A stretch of DNA of 64,000 nt, from assembly GCA_964435855.1 (NCBI GenBank), contig CAYTAU010000001.1, positions 6,633 through 70,632 of the forward strand, written 5' to 3'. The notes below the pieces were generated by a model. The model was not told where the DNA came from. It searched no databases and was given only the letters and a program-made list of their open reading frames with translations. This document shows, piece by piece, positions 39,318-49,153 of the stretch. Each line of letters opens with the position of its first letter. Position 1 is the first letter of the stretch. This stretch comes from an uncultured Bacteroidales bacterium (GTDB lineage Bacteria; Bacteroidota; Bacteroidia; Bacteroidales; CAYTAU01). The translations under genes were made by a program, and so were the position numbers.

Positions 39318-40493
39318 ATGAAATTTATTAGAAAACAAATAGACAAAATAAAACCAAATTTTGAAAAAGGCGGGAAACTATATATGTTTCATTCTGCCTT
39401 TGAATCAGTTGAAACTCTCTTTTTTATACCAAAAAAAGTTACATCATTAGGTTCTCATATCAGAGACAGTATTGATATGAAAAGAGCAATGATAGTAGTT
39501 TGGGTTGCATTAATGCCAGCATTATTGTTCGGAATGTGGAACACAGGTTTGCAACATTATCTATCAATAGGTGAAGCAACAGAGTTTTGGCAAAACTTTT
39601 GGTACGGATTTTTGAAAATTTTACCAATCATTATTATTTCTTATGGGGTTGGCTTGGGTATTGAAATAATATTTGCACAAATTCGACATCATGATGTTAA
39701 TGAAGGATTTTTTGTTACAGGATTATTAATTCCTTTAATATTGCCTGTTGATTGTCCTTTATGGATGGTTGCAGTAGCTACTGCTTTTGCAGTTATTATT
39801 GGTAAAGAAGTTTTTGGTGGTTCAGGAATGAATATTTTAAATCCCGCACTTATTGCTCGTGCATTTCTATTCTTTGCTTATCCTTCATGGATGTCAGGGG
39901 ATAAAGTTTGGATTGCAGGTATACATGATGGTGGTGCTTCAATAGTTGATGGATTTTCAGGTGCAACACCTCTAGCTGATGCTGCCGCCGGTAATATGAG
40001 TAATTTACCTTCTATCACTGAAATGATAATAGGTAATATTCCGGGATCAATTGGTGAAACATCGGTAATAGCAATAATGCTTGGTGCTGCAATCCTTTTG
40101 TTTACAGGTATTGCAAGTTTCCGAATTATGTTTTCCGTTTTTGTTGGTGGTTTTGCTATGGGATACTTTTTAAATTTAGTTGCTCCTGATGGTCACGCAT
40201 ACATGAATATGCCGTCATATTACCATTTACTTCTTGGTGGATTTGCATTTGGTGCAGTATTTATGGCAACAGACCCAGTTACTGCAGCTCAAACAGCTAA
40301 AGGAAAAGTAATCTATGGATTTCTTATCGGAGTATTTGCAGTTATTATTAGAGTATTTAATCCAGGATACCCTGAAGGAATGATGCTTGCAATTCTATTT
40401 ATGAATGTGCTTGCACCTTTAATTGACCATTATGTTGTTCAAGGTAATGTAAAACGTAGATTGAAAAGATTAAAAGTTTCTAAATCAAGTTAG
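39318..40493 (+). CDS. nqrB: Na+-NQR subunit B
   Basis: 391 aa and polytopic. It has the FSGATPL FMN-attachment motif and GSGMNILNPALIARAFLFFAYP. Confidence 0.95.
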   Translation: MKFIRKQIDKIKPNFEKGGKLYMFHSAFESVETLFFIPKKVTSLGSHIRDSIDMKRAMIVVWVALMPALLFGMWNTGLQHYLSIGEATEFWQNFWYGFLKILPIIIISYGVGLGIEIIFAQIRHHDVNEGFFVTGLLIPLILPVDCPLWMVAVATAFAVIIGKEVFGGSGMNILNPALIARAFLFFAYPSWMSGDKVWIAGIHDGGASIVDGFSGATPLADAAAGNMSNLPSITEMIIGNIPGSIGETSVIAIMLGAAILLFTGIASFRIMFSVFVGGFAMGYFLNLVAPDGHAYMNMPSYYHLLLGGFAFGAVFMATDPVTAAQTAKGKVIYGFLIGVFAVIIRVFNPGYPEGMMLAILFMNVLAPLIDHYVVQGNVKRRLKRLKVSKSS

Positions 40494-40517
40494 TTAATAC
40501 TTAATAAATAAATTGAT

Positions 40518-41216
40518 ATGAAAAAATTCAGTAATACATATATTTTTCTTTATGCAGCAGGATTAGTAATAATTGTCGCAGCTATGTTGTCTTTTACTGC
40601 TATTCAATTAAGACCTGCTCAAAAGAAAAACATTGAAAATAAAAAAATGCAGGATATTCTTTCTTCAGTAAATATTGAAAGTACTACGCAAACTGTTGAC
40701 GAACTTTACAAAAAAAATATTTCATCTTCTTACATAATAAATTCAAAAGGAGAGAAAATAGAAGGAGATGCATTTAAAGTTGATTTAAATAAGGAAAAAT
40801 CAAAAGCTGTTGAAGAAAGAAAACTTCCTGTTTATGAGTGTACACTTGATGATGGCAACAGTGCGTATATTATTCCTGTAAGAGGGAAGGGATTAGGTGG
40901 ACCAATTTGGGGATTTATTTCATTTAAAGAAGATATGAATACTGTAATTGGTACAACTTTCGATCATGATGCAGAAACACCAGGCTTGGGTGCTAAAATT
41001 ACTCTTAAAGAATTTCAAATGTCTTTTAAAGATAAACAAATTTTTGATGAATCAGGAGATTTTGTATCAATATCATTATTAAAAGGAAATAAAGCAACTG
41101 GCAATCCCCATGCTGTTGATGCAATTTCAGGAGGAACTATAACCAGTAAAGGTGTTGATGCAATGTTTAAAGAATGTCTTAAAATATATGAACCTTTTTT
41201 AAAGAAAAATAAATAA
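40518..41216 (+). CDS. nqrC: Na+-NQR subunit C
   Basis: 232 aa with a single N-terminal TM and the AISGGTITSKGV FMN-attachment motif. Confidence 0.95.
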   Translation: MKKFSNTYIFLYAAGLVIIVAAMLSFTAIQLRPAQKKNIENKKMQDILSSVNIESTTQTVDELYKKNISSSYIINSKGEKIEGDAFKVDLNKEKSKAVEERKLPVYECTLDDGNSAYIIPVRGKGLGGPIWGFISFKEDMNTVIGTTFDHDAETPGLGAKITLKEFQMSFKDKQIFDESGDFVSISLLKGNKATGNPHAVDAISGGTITSKGVDAMFKECLKIYEPFLKKNK

Positions 41217-41225
41217 TATTATACT

Positions 41226-41873
41226 ATGAATAATAATAGAGAACCTTTATTTTCAGCAAAAAACATGAGACTGGTTAAGCAGCCTCTCAGTTTCAGTAAC
41301 CCTGTAACAGTACTAATTCTTGGTATTTGTCCTGCACTGGGTGTTACAGTTGAATTAAAACCTGCAATTGTTATGTCAATTTCTGTTATGGTTGTTCTTT
41401 CGGTTGCAAATGTTGTTATTTCATTATTGCGAAATACTATTCCTCCAAGAATAAGAATTATTGTACAACTTGTAGTAGTTGCTGCATTAGTAATCCTTGT
41501 TGATCAAGTATTAAAGGCTTATGTTTTTGACGTAAGCAAACAACTTTCTGTTTTTGTTGGTCTTATTATTACCAATTGTATTATAATGGGAAGACTTGAA
41601 GCATTTGCTTTAGGAAATAAGCCATGGGCAGCATTTTTAGATGGAATTGGGAACGCAGCAGGTTTTGGTTTAATACTTATTTTACTATCATTTTTCAGAG
41701 AACTATTTGGTTCAGGTACAGTTATGGGTTACCCTCTTATTGACAAAATTGGCATGTATGATATTGGCTACGAAGACAACGGACTTATGATATTGCCTCC
41801 AATGGCATTAATAACACTCGGTATTTTTGTTTGGATTCATAGAAGTAGGAATAAAGAATTGATTGAAAAATAA
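41226..41873 (+). CDS. nqrD: Na+-NQR subunit D
   Basis: 215 aa. Its NqrD/RnfE-like helices include LGICPAL and ITNCIIMGR. Confidence 0.95.
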   Translation: MNNNREPLFSAKNMRLVKQPLSFSNPVTVLILGICPALGVTVELKPAIVMSISVMVVLSVANVVISLLRNTIPPRIRIIVQLVVVAALVILVDQVLKAYVFDVSKQLSVFVGLIITNCIIMGRLEAFALGNKPWAAFLDGIGNAAGFGLILILLSFFRELFGSGTVMGYPLIDKIGMYDIGYEDNGLMILPPMALITLGIFVWIHRSRNKELIEK

Positions 41874-41906
41874 TAATAGAAAATTTGAATTAAGAAATAT
41901 AATAAC

Positions 41907-42524
41907 ATGGAAAATTTAATAAACATATTTGTAAAAGCAGTTTTTGTTGATAATATGGTATTTGCATTTTTTTTAGGAATGTGTTCATTTCTTGCAGTAT
42001 CAAAAACAGTAAAAACAGCCACAGGATTAGGAATTGCAGTATCTTTTGTATTGCTTATTACTGTCCCTGTTGATTATTTAATGTATACATATATACTTAA
42101 AGATGGTGCTTTAGAATGGTTAAGCCCAGGTCTCGCTGAGGTTGACCTTAGCTTTTTAAGTTTTATAATGTTTATAGCTGTAATTGCTTCAATTGTGCAA
42201 TTAGTTGAAATGATTATTGAAAAATTTGCACCTGCTTTATATGCACAACTTGGTATATTTTTACCGCTTATTGCTGTAAACTGTGCAATTCTTGGTGGTT
42301 CTTTATTTATGCAACAAAGAGAATATAATACAATTGGTGAAGCAACTGTATTTGGATTAGGTTCAGGAATTGGATGGTTTTTGGCAATTATTTCTCTTGC
42401 TGCTATTCGTGAAAAAATACGCTACTCTAATGTTCCTCCGGCATTAAGAGGATTAGGAATAACATTCATTATTGTTGGATTAATGGGATTTGCTTTTATG
42501 TCTTTTATGGGCATTAAATTATAA
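41907..42524 (+). CDS. nqrE: Na+-NQR subunit E
   Basis: 205 aa. It is NqrE/RnfA-like, with [11 protein letters not shown] and [10 protein letters not shown]. Confidence 0.95.
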   Translation: MENLINIFVKAVFVDNMVFAFFLGMCSFLAVSKTVKTATGLGIAVSFVLLITVPVDYLMYTYILKDGALEWLSPGLAEVDLSFLSFIMFIAVIASIVQLVEMIIEKFAPALYAQLGIFLPLIAVNCAILGGSLFMQQREYNTIGEATVFGLGSGIGWFLAIISLAAIREKIRYSNVPPALRGLGITFIIVGLMGFAFMSFMGIKL

Positions 42525-42562
42525 TATTTGATTGATTAATAAATTGAAATAAATTTAAAGAT

Positions 42563-43813
42563 ATGCTTTTAAATGTAGGAATAGGAATAATAGTTTTAAT
42601 TAGTATAGCTGTTTTTCTTTTAACAATTTTGCTTTTAGTTCTACTATTATTATTTGCAAGGGCTAGATTAGTTTCTTCAGGTCCTGTAAAATTAACAATT
42701 AATGACAAAGAACTTGAAGTACAGTCGGGTTCTACTTTACTTAATACATTAAGTAGTAACAAAATATTTTTACCAGCTGCTTGTGGTGGTGGTGGAACAT
42801 GTGGTATGTGTCGATGTCAGGTTGAAGAAGGTGGAGGATCAATTTTACCTACAGAAACAGGTTTCTTTTCTAAAAAAGAACAAATGAATAACTGGAGACT
42901 TGGTTGTCAGGTTAAAGTAAAAGAAGATATGAAAATTAAACTTGCACCTGAGATACTTGATATTAAAAAATGGGAATGCGAAGTTATTTCTAATAGAAAT
43001 GTATCAACATTTATTAAAGAATTTGTTGTTAAACTTCCCGAAGGAGAACATCTTAATTTCAAATCAGGTGGTTATGTACAAATTGACGTTCCAAAATGTG
43101 TAATCAATTATAAGGATTTTGAAATAGAAGAAGAATATAGAGATGAATGGGATCAACTTAACATGTGGGGTTTAACAATGAAAAATCCTGAACCAACTTA
43201 TAGAGCATATTCTATGGCTTGTTATCCTGCCGAAGGAGATATTATTAAACTTAATATTAGAATTGCTACCCCACCATGGGATAGAAAAAAGAATGGTTTT
43301 ATGAAAGTTAACCCTGGTATTTGTTCGTCTTATATTTTTGCACAAAAACCAGGCGATAAAGTTACTATTTCCGGTCCTTATGGAGAATTTTTTATTAGAG
43401 AATCCGAAAGAGAAATGATGTATATTGGTGGAGGAGCAGGTATGGCTCCTATGCGTTCTCACTTATTTCATCTTTTTAAAACAGTTAAAACTGGTAGAAA
43501 AGTTTCTTTTTGGTATGGAGCACGTACAAAAAAAGAAATTTTTTACGAAGATGAATTTAGAGCAATAGAAAAAGATTTTCCAAATTTTAAATTTAATATA
43601 GCTTTATCGGAACCGAAAGAAGAGGATAACTGGACAGGTTTAACAGGTTTTATTCATCAGGTAATTATTAACGAATACCTTAGCAAACATGAGGAACCTG
43701 AAGAAATTGAGTATTACCTTTGTGGTCCACCTCTAATGAATCAGGCAATTGTTAAAATGATTTATGATTTTGGCATACCTGACGAAATGCTTGAATATGA
43801 TGATTTTGGGTAA
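42563..43813 (+). CDS. nqrF: Na+-NQR subunit F
   Basis: 416 aa with an N-terminal TM. It has the 2Fe-2S motif ACGGGGTCGMCRC and the FAD/NADH motifs RAYSMA and GGGAGMAPMRS. Confidence 0.95.
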   Translation: MLLNVGIGIIVLISIAVFLLTILLLVLLLLFARARLVSSGPVKLTINDKELEVQSGSTLLNTLSSNKIFLPAACGGGGTCGMCRCQVEEGGGSILPTETGFFSKKEQMNNWRLGCQVKVKEDMKIKLAPEILDIKKWECEVISNRNVSTFIKEFVVKLPEGEHLNFKSGGYVQIDVPKCVINYKDFEIEEEYRDEWDQLNMWGLTMKNPEPTYRAYSMACYPAEGDIIKLNIRIATPPWDRKKNGFMKVNPGICSSYIFAQKPGDKVTISGPYGEFFIRESEREMMYIGGGAGMAPMRSHLFHLFKTVKTGRKVSFWYGARTKKEIFYEDEFRAIEKDFPNFKFNIALSEPKEEDNWTGLTGFIHQVIINEYLSKHEEPEEIEYYLCGPPLMNQAIVKMIYDFGIPDEMLEYDDFG

Positions 43814-43848
43814 TCGTTTGTCGTTTATCGTTTGTTGTTTGTCGTTTG
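43814..43848 (+). repeat. Five tandem heptads (TCGTTTG TCGTTTA TCGTTTG TTGTTTG TCGTTTG) starting at the first base after the nqrF stop
   Basis: Read directly. The nqrF TAA is at 43811-43813. Confidence 0.7.
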
Positions 43849-43925
43849 ATACCCACTAAATCCCATAGAGGAAATTTTTGACTTTTGATTTTTGGCTTTT
43901 AAATTAATTGTTCTAATTTTAAGCT

Positions 43926-44606
43926 GTGAATGTTTACAAAAACATATTATTATTACTTGTCTTATTGTTTATTACAATTGGTTTTACACAAGCGCAAATA
44001 AACGACTTTGAACTGTGGACAGGTGTTAAACTTAGCAAAAAAATTAACGACAAACTCAGCATTAGTTTTGAAGAGGAATTTCGTTTTAACGAAAATGCTA
44101 CATCAATAAAAAAATTCCACTCCGATATTGGTGTCTCATATAAATTACACTCTAAAATAAAACTTGGAGTTTATTACAGGTTTATTCAAAAGCAAAAGAT
44201 AAACCATAATTACAGTTCAAGACACAGATATTATATCAACCTGACTATTTCTGAAAATATTCAACGACTTAAAATTAGTATTAGAAACCGTTTTCAAACA
44301 AAATATACCGATTTATATAGCGACGATATGGGAATGGTGCCAAATAATTATTTAAGAGAAAAGCTCGCTTTTGAATATAATATCAGAAAAAACCCTGTTA
44401 CTCCATATATCTCGGGCGAAATTTATTATCAGTTAAATGGTATTAACAGTCATCAATTTAATAAATACCGTATAACAGCCGGAGTAAAACGCAAAATTAA
44501 CAATAACAGCAGTATTGGATTATATTACCGTCAGCAAAACCAATTTAATGTAGAAAATCCTGCACATTCATATATTTTGGGAATATCTTATTCTTATAAG
44601 TTTTAA
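43926..44606 (+). CDS. DUF2490-like outer-membrane beta-barrel protein
   Basis: 226 aa with an apparent GTG start and a signal peptide ending FTQAQ. It has an alternating beta-strand pattern and ends ...YSYKF (aromatic terminus). Confidence 0.65.
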   Translation: MNVYKNILLLLVLLFITIGFTQAQINDFELWTGVKLSKKINDKLSISFEEEFRFNENATSIKKFHSDIGVSYKLHSKIKLGVYYRFIQKQKINHNYSSRHRYYINLTISENIQRLKISIRNRFQTKYTDLYSDDMGMVPNNYLREKLAFEYNIRKNPVTPYISGEIYYQLNGINSHQFNKYRITAGVKRKINNNSSIGLYYRQQNQFNVENPAHSYILGISYSYKF

Positions 44607-44775
44607 TGCCGATTACACAACTTTTTCCGATTTATTAGGAAAATGCTTAATGCCTTTTGAAAATTTTGTGTGGAAACTGCAAGTAGTTCGACTTTTCAAG
44701 TCTCCTATTGCATAATCGGGGTTTAATGATTTTTACTTTTTTGTTGCCCTAACTAACGCATACCCCGTCAAATTT

Positions 44776-46878
44776 TCAAGAAATAGCACTCCAATTATGT
44801 TTACTTTTCGATAGTTTTTTTAATTGCTTAACAAGTAATTGGTTTTCTTCTTTTTCAAGATTAGTGTCATTTTCAAGAATTTCTTCGGCTACTCTACGGG
44901 CATACTCAAGTATTTTTCCGTCTTTGGCAAGTTGTGCAATTTTAAGGTCAAAAGCTATACCACTTTGTTGTGTACCGCCAAGGTCGCCCGGACCTCGTAA
45001 TTGCAAGTCAACTTCCGAAATTTCAAAACCATCGTTTGTACGTAACATTGTTTCGAGGCGTTTTTTACCATCATCCGATATTTTATTACCTGTCATCAAA
45101 ACACAATACGATTGTTCGCCTCCTCTCCCAACCCTTCCTCTTAACTGATGCAATTGCGATAATCCAAAACGTTCAGCACTTTCAATTATCATAACAGTAG
45201 CATTTGGAATATCTACTCCAACCTCAATTACAGTAGTTGCAATCATTATATTAGTTTGTTTATTGATAAACAATTGCATTGATTTTTCTTTCTCAACGGT
45301 TTTCATTTTTCCATGAACAACACTAATAGCATATTGCGGAGGAGGAAAAGCTCTTGAGATACTTTCCAAACCATCTTCAAGATCTTTATAATCCATTGTC
45401 TCCGACTCCTTGATTAAAGGATAAACAATATAAATTTGTTTGCCTTCTTTAATCTGTTTTTTAATAAAACTAAATACCAACAATCGTTTTGAATCGTTGT
45501 AATGTATTGTTTTAATTGGCTTGCGTCCCGGTGGCATTTCATCAATAACAGAAACTTCAAGGTCGCCATATAATGTCATTGCCAAAGTTCTTGGTATTGG
45601 TGTGGCAGTCATCACCAATATATGAGGAAGATTAATATTCTTTTTCCAAAGTTTTGCCCTTTGTGCAACACCAAATCGGTGTTGTTCATCAATAATTACT
45701 ATACCTAGATTTTTAAAATTAACGGTATCTTCAATCAATGCATGTGTGCCAATAAGTATTTGCAATTGCCCGTTTAAAAGCTCTTCGTGCAAAACATCTC
45801 TTTCAGCTTTTTTGGAAGAACCTGTAAGCAAGCCAATTTTAATATTTAATCCTTTAAGAAAGTCCTCTATTGTTTTTAAATGCTGATTTGCCAGAATTTC
45901 GGTTGGTGCCATTATACAAGCCTGATATCCGTTATCTAATGCAATTAGCATGCTCATTAATGCTACAAGAGTTTTTCCGCTCCCCACATCACCTTGCAAA
46001 AGTCTGTTCATCTGTTTGCCGGAACCAATATCAGCACGAATCTCTTTAAGCACTTTTTTTTGTGCATTTGTTAACTCAAAAGGTAAATTTTTTGAATAAA
46101 AAGAATTGAAATAGTCTCCAACTTTTGAAAAAACAAATCCATTAAACTTATTGTAACGATAAAACTTTTGTTTAATAAGATTTAATTGAATATAAAACAA
46201 TTCTTCAAATTTCAGACGATATATTGCTTTTTGCAATAAGCTGTTGTCTTGAGGATAATGGATGTTTAACAGTGCTTTTTTTAATGAAATAAAATTATAT
46301 TTTGAAATAATATAATCGGGCAATGTTTCCTGAATATACGGGTAAATAGTTTTAAGCAACGCCTTTTGTAATTTGCTTATTGTTTTTGAAGTAACAAAAC
46401 TATTTTTAAGTTTTTCACTGGTGTGATAGCCTGCTTGTAGGGATGCATTTATTTTTTCATCAATTTCTGCTACTTTTTCTATTTCAGGATGAGGAATATT
46501 TATCTGCTTATTGAAAATATTGGGCTTTCCGAAAACAATATATTCTTCGTCTATACTTAAACTACTTTTTATCCATTTTATTCCTTTAAACCAAACAAGT
46601 TCAATTGTGCCGGTGCCATCGGTAAAACTTGCTTTTAAGCGTTGTTTTCTTGCGTGCCCTGCTGTTTCAAAACCTGTTATTTTACCTTTTATCTGTATGT
46701 ATGGTAAGCGTGGATTGATTTCATTTATTTTATAAAATTTTGTTCTGTCAATATATTTATATGGGAAATAATAAAGCAGATCTTCAAAAGAAAATACATC
46801 TAATTCTTTGTTTAGCAATTCTGCACGCTTGGGTCCTACGCCCAAAAGAAATTTTATTTCGTCTTTTAAATCCGGCAT
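44776..46878 (-). CDS. recG: ATP-dependent DNA helicase RecG
   Basis: It has GDVGSGKT (Walker A), DEQHRFG, an N-terminal wedge/OB region and the LRGRVGRG motif. The start is set at MPDLKDEIKFLLGVGPKRAE (the track start is 46890). Confidence 0.95.
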   Translation of the reverse strand: MPDLKDEIKFLLGVGPKRAELLNKELDVFSFEDLLYYFPYKYIDRTKFYKINEINPRLPYIQIKGKITGFETAGHARKQRLKASFTDGTGTIELVWFKGIKWIKSSLSIDEEYIVFGKPNIFNKQINIPHPEIEKVAEIDEKINASLQAGYHTSEKLKNSFVTSKTISKLQKALLKTIYPYIQETLPDYIISKYNFISLKKALLNIHYPQDNSLLQKAIYRLKFEELFYIQLNLIKQKFYRYNKFNGFVFSKVGDYFNSFYSKNLPFELTNAQKKVLKEIRADIGSGKQMNRLLQGDVGSGKTLVALMSMLIALDNGYQACIMAPTEILANQHLKTIEDFLKGLNIKIGLLTGSSKKAERDVLHEELLNGQLQILIGTHALIEDTVNFKNLGIVIIDEQHRFGVAQRAKLWKKNINLPHILVMTATPIPRTLAMTLYGDLEVSVIDEMPPGRKPIKTIHYNDSKRLLVFSFIKKQIKEGKQIYIVYPLIKESETMDYKDLEDGLESISRAFPPPQYAISVVHGKMKTVEKEKSMQLFINKQTNIMIATTVIEVGVDIPNATVMIIESAERFGLSQLHQLRGRVGRGGEQSYCVLMTGNKISDDGKKRLETMLRTNDGFEISEVDLQLRGPGDLGGTQQSGIAFDLKIAQLAKDGKILEYARRVAEEILENDTNLEKEENQLLVKQLKKLSKSKHNWSAIS

Positions 46879-46949
46879 TTGTAAATACAATAATCTTACA
46901 AATTTAAAACTTTTAACGCAGCTAATGTAGATTTAAGAAAAAAATTATG

Positions 46950-46957
46950 TAAATTTG
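46950..46957 (+). promoter_or_regulatory. Candidate -7 box TAAATTTG upstream of rpiB
   Basis: It matches TAnnTTTG and ends 24 nt before the ATG at 46982. Confidence 0.3.
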
Positions 46958-46981
46958 TAATATACACTAAAACAAAAAGCT

Positions 46982-47428
46982 ATGAACTTAAAAATTGCTC
47001 TTGCCTGCGACCATGCAGGTGTTTCCACAAAACTGGAAATTATAGAATTTCTTAAAACAAAAGGATATGAAATTAAAGATTTTGGAACAGATTCTGAAAA
47101 AAGTTGCGATTATCCCGATTATGCTCACCCAATGGCAAAGGCAGTTGAAAAAGGAAAATTCCGGTGTGGTATTTCGCTGTGTGGAAGTGGAAATGGTATA
47201 AATATGGTTGCAAACAAATATCCGGGTATTAGGTCTGCATTATGCTGGAACAATGAAATTGCACGGCTAGCACGCCTACACAACGATGCTAATATTTGTG
47301 CCATACCTGCCAGATTTATTACAAGCAATAAAGCAAAAGAAATTGTAGAGATATTTTTAAACACCAAGTTTGAAAAAGGAAGACACCAACTCAGAATTGA
47401 TAAAATTCCTATTAAGAAAAAATGTTAA
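46982..47428 (+). CDS. rpiB: Ribose-5-phosphate isomerase B
   Basis: 148 aa. It has IALACDHAG, LCGSGNGI and the RpiB/LacAB family layout. Confidence 0.9.
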   Translation: MNLKIALACDHAGVSTKLEIIEFLKTKGYEIKDFGTDSEKSCDYPDYAHPMAKAVEKGKFRCGISLCGSGNGINMVANKYPGIRSALCWNNEIARLARLHNDANICAIPARFITSNKAKEIVEIFLNTKFEKGRHQLRIDKIPIKKKC

Positions 47429-47429
47429 A

Positions 47430-47449
47430 CCTGCCTGCCGGCAGGCAGG
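47430..47449 (+). terminator. Perfect 20-nt GC-rich palindrome followed by a T-rich tract (rpiB terminator, possibly bidirectional)
   Basis: cctgcctgccggcaggcagg is followed by ttgttaatttgttatttg. It starts 2 nt after the rpiB stop. The convergent gene ends at 47535. Confidence 0.65.
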
Positions 47450-47534
47450 TTGTTAATTTGTTATTTGTGGACGTAAACAAGAGCCTACGCCCAACCTTTA
47501 GATTTGTATTTAAATATCTTCGGGGGGATATAAT

Positions 47535-48791
47535 TTATTTATTAGCTTCCCATCTTTCTTTATGTTCTTTAAGAAATTCTCGATATTCATCAATTAATTT
47601 TGTTTCTTTTTTTGAAGGATTTAAACCAACTATTTTATTTAAATATTCTTCTGATTTGTTATAATTATTAGTCCAAATACAAGCCTCTACAAGATTAAAT
47701 AGGGTAATAATCGTTATATCTGAATTAACTCTAGCTTTTTTATCAGATGGATTTGATTCCGTAAGTGCTTTTTCCCATATTGCAATAGCGCTTTTGATTT
47801 TCTCAATAGCAGATGTATTATCGCTAACTAATAGATTGTATCCTGCGGTAGTAGATTCAAATGCCTTTTGATAATCATCATAGTTCAACTTTTTTGCATT
47901 AACTCTATAAACAGTTATGTTTCGTTTTACTTTCGAAAAACCATAATTACTATTAATATATTCTTCGAGAGATTTCATATTGCTTTGCACTATTTTATCT
48001 TGAAGAATTTTAGCAAATTTATTTATATTAAAACTGGGAGCTTTTCCTTCTTTCGAAGAACTTTTTGCAATTGTGTATTCATTAAATTGCTCAAGTATTT
48101 CGTCTAAAATCACTTCACCGTCTGGTGTTTCTATTTTAAGATTTATAGGGTGTCTGTGCGATACTTCATACCAATATTTAAATGTTTTTGTTGTTGTTTT
48201 TGTTTGTTTATTATAAAAATTTCCTTCTCTAGATTTTAATTCTTGTTCTAGATTTTCGAAACCTTGTAATGTTGCTGTTATTTTTACAGCGTTTTCGGTA
48301 GATTTTTTATATCCTGACAATTTTAAATATGTATTAGCAAGTGTTTCTTTATTAAATATTTTTTGATGATAAACTATTTTTAAACGTGGTGCCATTGAAG
48401 GTCTAAAATCGCCAGGTTTTACAGGCTTATTTTTTTCATCTAATAATGTTCTTTCCACAATTTTGCTCCCTGTAGATTTTTCTTTCCATGCTTTCATGTC
48501 AGCTTCATATTCTGCAACAATTTCTTTGTGTTTAGCTTCGGCATCTTTAACCTTTTGGGGATGCTCAGTTGTAGCCTTCTCAAAATCATCTTGTGCTTTT
48601 TGTTTTTCGGCAATAATATCTGCTTCATAAGCCATTTCTAACTGACTTGAATAATTTTTGATACTTTTATTCAAAGGTTTTTTTGGTAATTGGTTGTATT
48701 CAAATTCAAGTTTTTGTTTGTCAATTTTCTGAGAAAACCCTGTTGCTACAAGAAAAATGAATAATACTAAAAAAATGTTTTTTGTTTTCAT
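47535..48791 (-). CDS. Secreted hypothetical protein (coiled-coil/TPR-like C-terminus)
   Basis: Internal Met gives MKTKNIFLVLFIFLVATGFSQ, a signal peptide. The protein is about 418 aa and K/E-rich. Confidence 0.6.
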   Translation of the reverse strand: MKTKNIFLVLFIFLVATGFSQKIDKQKLEFEYNQLPKKPLNKSIKNYSSQLEMAYEADIIAEKQKAQDDFEKATTEHPQKVKDAEAKHKEIVAEYEADMKAWKEKSTGSKIVERTLLDEKNKPVKPGDFRPSMAPRLKIVYHQKIFNKETLANTYLKLSGYKKSTENAVKITATLQGFENLEQELKSREGNFYNKQTKTTTKTFKYWYEVSHRHPINLKIETPDGEVILDEILEQFNEYTIAKSSSKEGKAPSFNINKFAKILQDKIVQSNMKSLEEYINSNYGFSKVKRNITVYRVNAKKLNYDDYQKAFESTTAGYNLLVSDNTSAIEKIKSAIAIWEKALTESNPSDKKARVNSDITIITLFNLVEACIWTNNYNKSEEYLNKIVGLNPSKKETKLIDEYREFLKEHKERWEANK

Positions 48792-48942
48792 AACATATAA
48801 TTTTAAATTAATAAACTGTTTATTTACCAAAAGTAATAAAAATAAAAGAGAAACCCCCTCCTTTATTTTAAAATATCAAAAAATAAATCGGCAAGAAAAA
48901 AAAGCAAACAAATAATAGCACCAAGTATAATTAATGCTATTC

Positions 48943-48977
48943 CCATTAACCACCAGTTGCAAACTGGCGGCAGTTGG
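48943..48977 (+). repeat. 35-nt direct repeat, copy 1 (ccattaaccaccagttgcaaactggcggcagttgg)
   Basis: It is identical over 35 nt to 51668..51702. It contains the hairpin ccaccagtt-gca-aactggcgg. Confidence 0.85.
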
Positions 48978-49153
48978 TGAATACCCAATTTCATATTTTT
49001 CAATCGTATCATTTTGTAAATAAAATATTACCAGGCTTACCTTTTCCTGTCTCCTCATCTTCTGCCGTTTGATTACATGCGATAACTAGTGTGCAAGTTT
49101 GTAACAAAATGAATATTTAGAACGTCGAATAGATATAAGAAAAATGAGAATCC

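Noticed and set aside
39227-39331. Calling the 34-codon ORF in the nqrA-nqrB spacer (and its 25-codon counterpart at 18337..18260) as a CDS
   Set aside because: Substitutions between the two copies fall mostly on second codon positions (2/7/4 for positions 1/2/3), and the ORF lengths differ. I report the element as a repeat and flag the micro-ORF only as a possibility.
48876-49058. 60-aa minus-strand ORF in the divergent spacer
   Set aside because: It is short, contains the 35-nt repeat copy, and has odd composition. It was probably opened by chance.
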